This document shows positions 56,018-64,000 of a stretch of 64,000 nt of DNA, one piece after another; position 1 is the first letter of the stretch, and the number at the start of each line of letters is the position of its first letter. Origin of the DNA: Anaeramoeba ignava BMAN (lineage: Eukaryota; Protista; Anaeramoebae). A program made the position numbers and the translations under genes. The notes beneath the pieces were generated by a model. That model worked only from the letters and a program-made list of their open reading frames with translations, was not told where the DNA came from and made no database searches. The DNA lies in NCBI GenBank assembly GCA_028826165.1, contig JAPDFW010000068.1:248001-312000 (forward strand), read 5' to 3'.

Positions 56018-58652
56018 TTAATCATCACCAGAAATTTCATCATCACCAATATCTTTATTTTCTTCTTCAAGTTTTCCCATCAAATCAGCAAGATCTTGTT
56101 CATCAGTTTCTGAAATACTTCTTGGGGGAATTTTGACAGAAAATTCACCACCTTTTGATTCAATTAATTCATGAATAGAATCAATAGCTTCATTTAAAAT
56201 ATTGATTCCAACATCTTTATAGGCTGTAGTTGTAGTCATAACGAAATGGGGAGGCGCTACAAGCGTAATCTCAATAGGAACTCCTCGTTCTTTTCCTAAT
56301 TCTTCTCCTTTTCTAAGTGCTTCTTTTATTGCGTCGATTCCTTCATATGTATAACATTTAATTTCAATTTCAGCTCGAATTTTTAATGGTCTGGGTGTTA
56401 GTTTTCTTTTGATGTTTTGCATTAATATTTCCCGAACTCGATCTTCCATTTTAATTCCTTTGAATACTTTTTCTGGATCACTTGAATTTAAATTAAAATT
56501 AAAATTCATTTATAAAATTAAAATTAAAATTAAAATTAAAATTCATTTATAAAATTTAATTAAAATTCATTTATAATATTTAATTTAAATTCATTTATAA
56601 AATTTAAATTTAAATTCATTTATAAAATTAAAATTCATTTATAAAATTTAATTTAAATTCATTTATAAAATTTAATTTATATTCATTTATAAAATAAAAT
56701 TCATTTATAAAATAAAATTCATTTATAATATTTAAATAAAATTCATTTATAAAAATTTAATTTAAATTCATTTTATAATATTTAATTAAAATTCATTTAT
56801 AATATTTATTTAATTTAAATTCATTTTATAAAAAATTTAATTTAAATTCATTTTATAATATTTAAATTTAAATTCATTTATAAAATTTAAATTCATTTAT
56901 AAAATTTAATTTAAAATTAAAATTAATATTAAAATTCATTTATAAAATTTAATTAAAATTCATTTATAATATTTAAATTTAAAATTCATTTATAAAATTT
57001 AATTCATTTATAAAATTTAATTCATTTTATAAAATTTAATTTAAATTAAAAATTAATTAAAATTCATTTATAAAATAAAAATTCATTTATAAAATTAAAT
57101 TTAAATTCATTTATAAAATTTAAATTAAAATTAAAATTAAAATTCATTTATAAAATTTAATTAAAATTCATTTATAAAATTTAATTTAAATTCATTTATA
57201 AAATTTAAATTTAAATTCATTTATAAAAAAATTAAAATTCATTTATAATATTTAAATAAAAATTCATTTATAAAATTTAATTTTAAATTCATTTATAAAA
57301 TTTAATTCATTTATAAAATTTAATTCATTTATAAAATTAAATTTAAATTCATTTATAAAATTTAATTAAAATTCATTTATAAAATTTAATTAAATTTCAT
57401 TTATAAAATTTAATTCATTTTATAAAAATTTAATTTATATTCATTTATAATATTTAATTTAAATTCATTTTAAAAATTTATAATATTAAAATTCATTTAT
57501 AAAATTTAATTCATTTATAAAATTTAATTCATTTATAAAATTTAATTAAAATTCATTTATAAAATTTAATTCAAATTCATTTATAAAATTAAAATTAAAA
57601 TTAAAATTAAAATTCATTTATAAAATTTAATTAAAATTCATTTTATAAAATTTAATTTAAATTCATTTATAAAATTTAATTAAATTCATTTATAAAATTT
57701 AATTTAAATTCATTTATAAAATTTAATTTAAATTCATTTATAAAATTTAATTTAAATTCATTTATAATATTTAATTAAAATTCATTTATAAAATAAAATT
57801 CATTTATAAAATTTAATTTATATTCATTTATAATATTTAATTCATTTATAAAATTAAAATCAAAATTTAATTTAAAATTAAAATTAAAATTTATACACAA
57901 TAGCTAATTTAAAAGCATCATAAGCATGACCAAAAATTTTATAAAGTTTCCAAGTGATTTCTTGATTTAATTCCAACAAATCACTATTTGTAACTTGAGC
58001 AACATGTCTCATAATTCCATGAACCTATAAGAAGTAAAAAATAAAAAAGAGTCAAAAAAACAAAGAAAGAAAAAAACGAGAGAAAAAAATATTCATTACA
58101 ATCTTAGCTTTATTGTATCTAATTTCGCACTGTGAAACTTCTTCAGGTGGATTAGCTCTTTTTTTAGAAAGATCAATATATCCTTTATAAAAAAAGAAAA
58201 ATTAAAAGAAACAAAGAAAAAAAATAAGTTTGATTTTTGTAGATGAATATTTATGCGGAATTAATCTACCTTTCTTATCCACTCGAAGAACTGCACAAAC
58301 TTCTTTTCTTTCTAATCGTGCAACTTTCGGAATTGATCTTATTCTTCGAGATGTTAATTCGGAAAACAATACCATCCCTATTTGATTAATTATTTTTTTT
58401 TCATTTTTTTCCTTCTGTTGTTTTTTATGTCTCTTTCTTACCTTCAACGTTGTTGTATTCTAATAAATGAACATAAACTCCCATATCAGTTACATGTTTA
58501 ATAACAACCTTTTTATTTTATTTTTAATTTAAATTTAATTTAATTTAAATTTAATTTAAATTTTAATTTAATTTTTCTTGTTTTATTACCATAACTAAAT
58601 CTCCTGCTTCAGGAAATTCTGCTTCATAAAATCGACAATCTAAATTTGTCAT
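56018..58652 (-). CDS. EIF2S1: Eukaryotic translation initiation factor 2 alpha
   Basis: [97 protein letters not shown]; GT-AG introns. Confidence 0.96.
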
Positions 58653-58729
58653 TTGTTTGTTTTTTTTTTTAAGAATGAAAAAAATGAAAAAAATGAAAAA
58701 AATGAAAAAAATAAAAAAAATTTTAAATG

Positions 58730-60830
58730 ACGTTTTTATTTCAATTTTTATTTAGATTTTTATTTCAATTTTTAATTATAAATTTATTCCAATTTGTAAT
58801 TATATTTTTAATTAGATTTTTAATTATATTTTTAATCATATTTTTAATTATATTTTTAATTATATTTTTAATTATATTTTTAATTATATTTTTATTTATA
58901 TTTTTATTCCAATTTGTAATTATAAATTTATTCCACTTTTTATTCCACTTTTTATTCCACTTTTTATTTAGATTTTTATTTATATTTTTAATTATATTTT
59001 TATTTCAATTTGTAATTATATTTTTATTTAGATTTTTATTTATAAATTTATTTCAATTTGTAATTATATTTTTATTTAGATTTTTATTTATAAATTTATT
59101 TCAATTTGTAATTATATTTTTATTTAGATTTTTATTCCACTTTTTATTTATATTTGTAATTATATTTTTAATTATATTTTTATTCCAATTTTTATTTCAA
59201 TTTGTAATTATAAATTTATTCCACTTTTTATTCCACTTTTTATTTAGATTTTTAATTATATTTTTAATTATATTTTTAATTAGATTTTTAATTATATTTT
59301 TATTCCAATTTTTATTTATATTTTTATTTAGATTTTTATTTATATTTTTATTTTAGATTTTTATTCCACTTTTTATTTATATTTGTAATTGTATTTTTAA
59401 TTATATTTTTATTCCAATTTTTATTCCACTTTTTATTTATATTTTTAATTAGATTTTTATTTATATTTTTATTTATATTTTTATTTAGATTTTTATTCCA
59501 CTTTTTATTTATATTTGTAATTATATTTTTAATTATATTTCTATTTTGATTTTTAATTATATTTTTAATTATAAATTTATTCCACTTTTTATTTAGATTT
59601 TTATTTAGATTTTTATTTAGATTTTTATTTAGATTTTTATTTATATTTTTAATTATATTTTTAATTAGATTTTTATTTATATTTTTATTTATATTTTTAA
59701 TTATATTTTTAATTAGATTTTTATTCCAATTTTTATTTATATTTTTAATTAGATTTTTATTTATATTTTTAATTATATTTTTAATTATAAAATTATTTAT
59801 AAATTTATTCCACTTTTTATTCCACTTTTTATTTATATTTTTATTTATATTTTTAATTATAAATTTATTCCAATTTTTAATTAGATTTTTATTTAGATTT
59901 TTATTTAGATTTTTATTTATAAATTTATTTATAAATTTATTTATATTTTTATTTAGATTTTTATTTAGATTTTTATTTAGATTTTTATTTAGATTTTTAT
60001 TTAGATTTTTATTTAGATTTTTTATTCCACTTTTTATTTCAATTTGTAATTATATTTTTATTCCACTTTTTATTTATATTTTTAATTATATTTTTAATTA
60101 TATTTTTATTTATATTTTTTAATTATATTTTTATTTATATTTTTATTTATATTTTTATTTATATTTTTAATTATATTTTTATTTATATTTTTTATTTATA
60201 TTTTTATTTTATATTTTTAATTATATTTTTATTTAGATTTTTATTTATATTTTTATTTATATTTTTATTTAGATTTTTATTTAGATTTTTATTTAGATTT
60301 TTATTTATATTTTTATTTATATTTTTATTCCACTTTTTATTTATATTTTTAATTATATTTTTATTTATATTTTTATTTATATTTTTATTTATATTTTTAA
60401 TTATATTTTTATTTATATTTTTATTTATATTTTTATTTATATTTTTAATTATATTTTTATTTAGATTTTTATTTTATATTTTTATTTATATTTTTATTTA
60501 GATTTTTATTTAGATTTTTTATTTAGATTTTTTATTTATATTTTTATTTATATTTTTATTCCACTTTTTATTTATATTTTTAATTAGATTTTTAATTAGA
60601 TTTTTATTTATATTTTTATTCCACTTTTTATTCCACTTTTTATTTAGATTTTTATTTATAAATTTATTTATAAATTTATTTATAAATTTATTCCACTTTT
60701 TATTCCACTTTTTATTTATATTTTTAATTATAAATTTATTCCACTTTTTATTTAGATTTTTATTTATATTTTTATTTATATTTTTAATTAGATTTAAATT
60801 TAGATTTTTATTTAGATTTTTATTTAAAAT
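58730..60830. repeat. 12-bp-period degenerate satellite (TTTTTATTTATA / TTTTTATTTAGA / TTTTTATTCCAC variants) between divergent eIF2-alpha and the RGS-RhoGEF gene
   Basis: Directly visible; the spurious ORF has a 4-aa period (FLII/FLFR/FLFH). Confidence 0.92.
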
Positions 60831-61025
60831 TAAATGGAGAGAAAGTTGATGAAAAAAAAGGTGAAAAAAAAATTTTTTTTTGAAATAATTTTGATAATAA
60901 ATAATAAATCTGACTAATAAAAATGATCAAAAAAAAAAAATTAAAAATTAAAAAATTTTTTTTTCATTTTTTTCGTTTTAAATTTATTTTTTTTTTTTGA
61001 AACTTTTTTAAATAAAAAAAAAACA

Positions 61026-63834
61026 ATGACGGATCAAAAGAAAAAAGAAGAAAAAACTGAAACTAAATCAGAAGTTGAACATATGGAAGCACCAGATATT
61101 TTAAAAATGTTAAATTTAGAAAATTTAGCAGATAAAATAAATAGAAGACCTTCAAGAGAACTTCCAAAAGGATTAGCAAACATTTTAAATGAACCAAAAT
61201 CACCAACTTCAAAAAATCCGTTTTCTTTTGAAAATAAAAGAGTTCCGTTATCAATTACACCAATTGATTCGGTTGATTCTAATCAAAATCAATATCGAAT
61301 AAGACGTCAAAGTCAAATTATAACAAGAAGTCAAATTCAAAATAATGATATTCGAAATCAAATTTTATCTAGGCGTCAAAGTCATGATCCAAATGAATTA
61401 AGAAGTAAAATTAAAAATCGAAGTCCAATTCAAAGTCCAAGACAAAATAAAATTGAAAATGAAAATGAAAATGAAAATGAAAATGAAAATGAAAATAAAA
61501 TTGAAAATGAAATTGAAAATCAAAATCAAAATGAAAATCAAAATGAAAATCAAAATGAAAATCAAAATGAAATTGAAGATCAAAATCAAAATCAAAATCA
61601 AAATCAAAATCAAAATCAAATTGATTCCGAAAATGATGATAATAAAAGTCAAAGTCAAAGTAAAAGTCAAAATTCAAGTCCAAACCAAAGTCAAAATCAA
61701 AGTCGACGTGAATCTCAAAATCAAAATGATAAAAGTCCTAATCCTGAATCTCAAACAAGAAATCGGACATTGACAATTAGAGAAGATCAAAAAGAACAAA
61801 CACCAGTTGAAATGAGAACTTTTGATTCAATTTTAGAACACAAAATTTCTTTAGCTTATTTTAAACAATTTCTTAGAGATGAATTTTGTGAAGAAAATAT
61901 TTTATTTTGGGAAGCAGTTAGACAATATCAAGAAATATTTGATCCAGTTGAAGGAGTTGGAAGAGCAAAAGAAATAATTGAAAAAGTATTTTAGGAAAAT
62001 TATTTCAAAAATTTATTTAAAAAATTTATTTATATATTTATTTAAAAATTTATTTTAGTTTCTCGAAACTCAATCTCCACGTGAAATTAATATAAATAAT
62101 ATTGTGAAAAAAAAAATTATACAAAAAATGGAAGAAGGAAAATTTATCCCTGATCTTTTTACTGAAGCAGCTGATTTGATTAGAAATTTAATGAAAACAG
62201 ATTCTTATTCAAAATTTGCAAAATCAAGTTATTATCCTCAATTAATAGAAGATTGGAGAAGAATCAAAAACGGACAAAAACCAATTGGACCACAAACAAA
62301 AAGAGACACAATTTTTCAAACGATTTATTCTCGAGAAAAAAACTATATGGATTCATTATCAAAACTTTATGATTTTGTAATAAAACCAATACAAAAGGAA
62401 ATTGGAAAAATCATCAATTCTGAAATTTTTGATAAAATTTTTAAAGATATTATTGGAGTGTATAATTTCAGCAAAAATTTCTTCACTGAATTAACAAGCA
62501 AAATGGCATCTTGGAATTATGAAACTTGTATTGGAGATTTATTCCTAGAAAAATTGTCGTTATTGTTTCCTGTTTATCAACAATATTTTTCGCATTTAAA
62601 TATTATAACGGAAAATTATCAACAATTATTATCTACAAAAAATTTCCAAAAATTTATGAAAGCAATTGAATTAAATACGGGAATGGAAGTCGTAAAAATG
62701 TTGAAAATTCCGATGAAAAAATTGGATGAATATCGAACCTCGATAACGGAATTAAAAGACGCAACAAACGAAGATCATCCAGACAAAACCAATCTGGACA
62801 AGCTTTCACTTCGTCTTCTCAATATCACTCAAAATATTCAGCAAAACAAAGTATTGGACATCACTTTAGACAAAAAAACAACAGAATTATTTTCGAAAAT
62901 GAATTTGACGAGAATGGACATTGGGAAAGTTATTCAATATCCGCACAATCCCGAAATGAATGAAAAAATCATACAAATATTCCTGTTTAAAAATGCCATT
63001 TCTTGGTGTTTTTGTTTGCGCGGATCAGACAAATTCACGTTGGATTACATTTCTCCTCTTAATTTTGTATGGATTTCTGATTGGAGCCAAAATCAACAAT
63101 TTGGAAGACAAAAAAAAATGAAAAGCAAAAGTATGATAATCACCAAATTATCACAATTTGTGATCAAAACACCCGATCGTTTTATTGAGTTGGAAATTCC
63201 GAACAAACAAGAATTCATTTCGGATTTTTATAATAATTTATGCGAAGAATTCTCGATGAGAATGGAAGATATTTTGCAAGATAAGGAAAGAGTGTTCACA
63301 TATCCGTATCGGAATTTGACAAAACACACAGGAGCGTTTATCAAGGCAACCCCCACAGGAAGAAGCAAAGTGGAGTATCCAAATGGAACTATTTTTGAAG
63401 GAGAATATGTTGATGGAAAAAAAGAAGGAAAAGGAATAATCAAATTTTCAATTGGAGATGTTTTAGTTTCTTTTTGGAAAAATGGGCTTCCAAATGGAGA
63501 CACTGTTTTGACTGATCCTTCAGGAAAAAAATATCAAGGAATGTTTGTGGATGGAAAAAGAGAAGGCGAGGGTGAGTTTATTGATATTGATGGCACTATT
63601 TATCAAGGAGAATTTAAAAATAATATGTTTCATGGCGATGGAACAATTGAATTTTCTGATGGAACTAAATTTATTGGTACTTTTCAATTTAATTCAAGAG
63701 AAGGTTTTGGAAAGTTTATTGAAAATGAGAATTGTTATTATGAAGGTAATTGGGAAAATGATATGAGAAATGGATTTGGAAAGCAAGTTTTTAATAATGG
63801 TGAAATTTATGAAGGACAATGGATGAATGATATG
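61026..63834 (+). CDS. RGS - RhoGEF(DH) - PH - MORN repeat protein (5' part; continues beyond the window)
   Basis: RGS: FDSILEH..LAYFKQFLRDEFCEENILFWEAVRQY..AKEIIEK/FL..SPREINI..LF.EA..I.NLMKTDSYSKF; DH: R.TIFQTIYSREKNYMDSL..CIGDLFL..P.KKLDEY..HPDK; MORN: YPNGTIFEGEYVDGKKEGKG etc.; introns 61986-62058 and from 63835. Confidence 0.88.
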
Positions 63835-64000
63835 GTAAAGAGATGATAAAATCAATTTATTAAATTAAAATTCATTTATAAAATTAAAATCAATTTATAA
63901 AAATTAATTTATAAAATTAAAATTTATTTATAAAATTAAAATCAATTTATAAAAATTCATTTATAAAATTAAAATTTATTTATAAAATTAAAATTAAAAT

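Overview
An extremely AT-rich, intron-containing nuclear window from a microbial eukaryote using the standard code. The style (BTB-BACK-TLDc and ankyrin-BTB families, NQ/NE-rich linkers, microsatellite-filled introns, a TOM40) suggests an anaerobic metamonad such as Anaeramoeba; this is inference. It holds about 16 protein-coding loci: a short ADA2-like ZZ+SANT gene, an MST/Hippo-type STE20 kinase with a SARAH-like tail, RPS14, a transposase, a prokaryote-type VWA gene, TOM40, VPS24/CHMP3, a large CH-CH/FN3/GAR gene, two BTB-TLDc paralogues around a GT61-like glycosyltransferase, a TPR-like gene, an SBBP/FN3 surface protein, an unknown frameshifted gene, ankyrin-BTB, eIF2-alpha and the 5' part of an RGS-RhoGEF-PH-MORN gene. 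There are also three ~2.1-2.2 kb intergenic satellites. The most notable items are: (1) a DNA transposon whose Kolobok/Mutator-like DDE transposase appears fused to a Ulp1/C48-like protease; (2) a spectraplakin-like actin-microtubule cross-linker with a rod of ~17 near-identical FN3 repeats instead of spectrin repeats; (3) a strand-specific TTCATT initiator-like motif just upstream of most start codons; (4) eIF2-alpha with Thr at the Ser51 site. Many frameshifts, mostly in homopolymers, probably reflect assembly error. All domain calls are by-eye motif recognition, not database searches.
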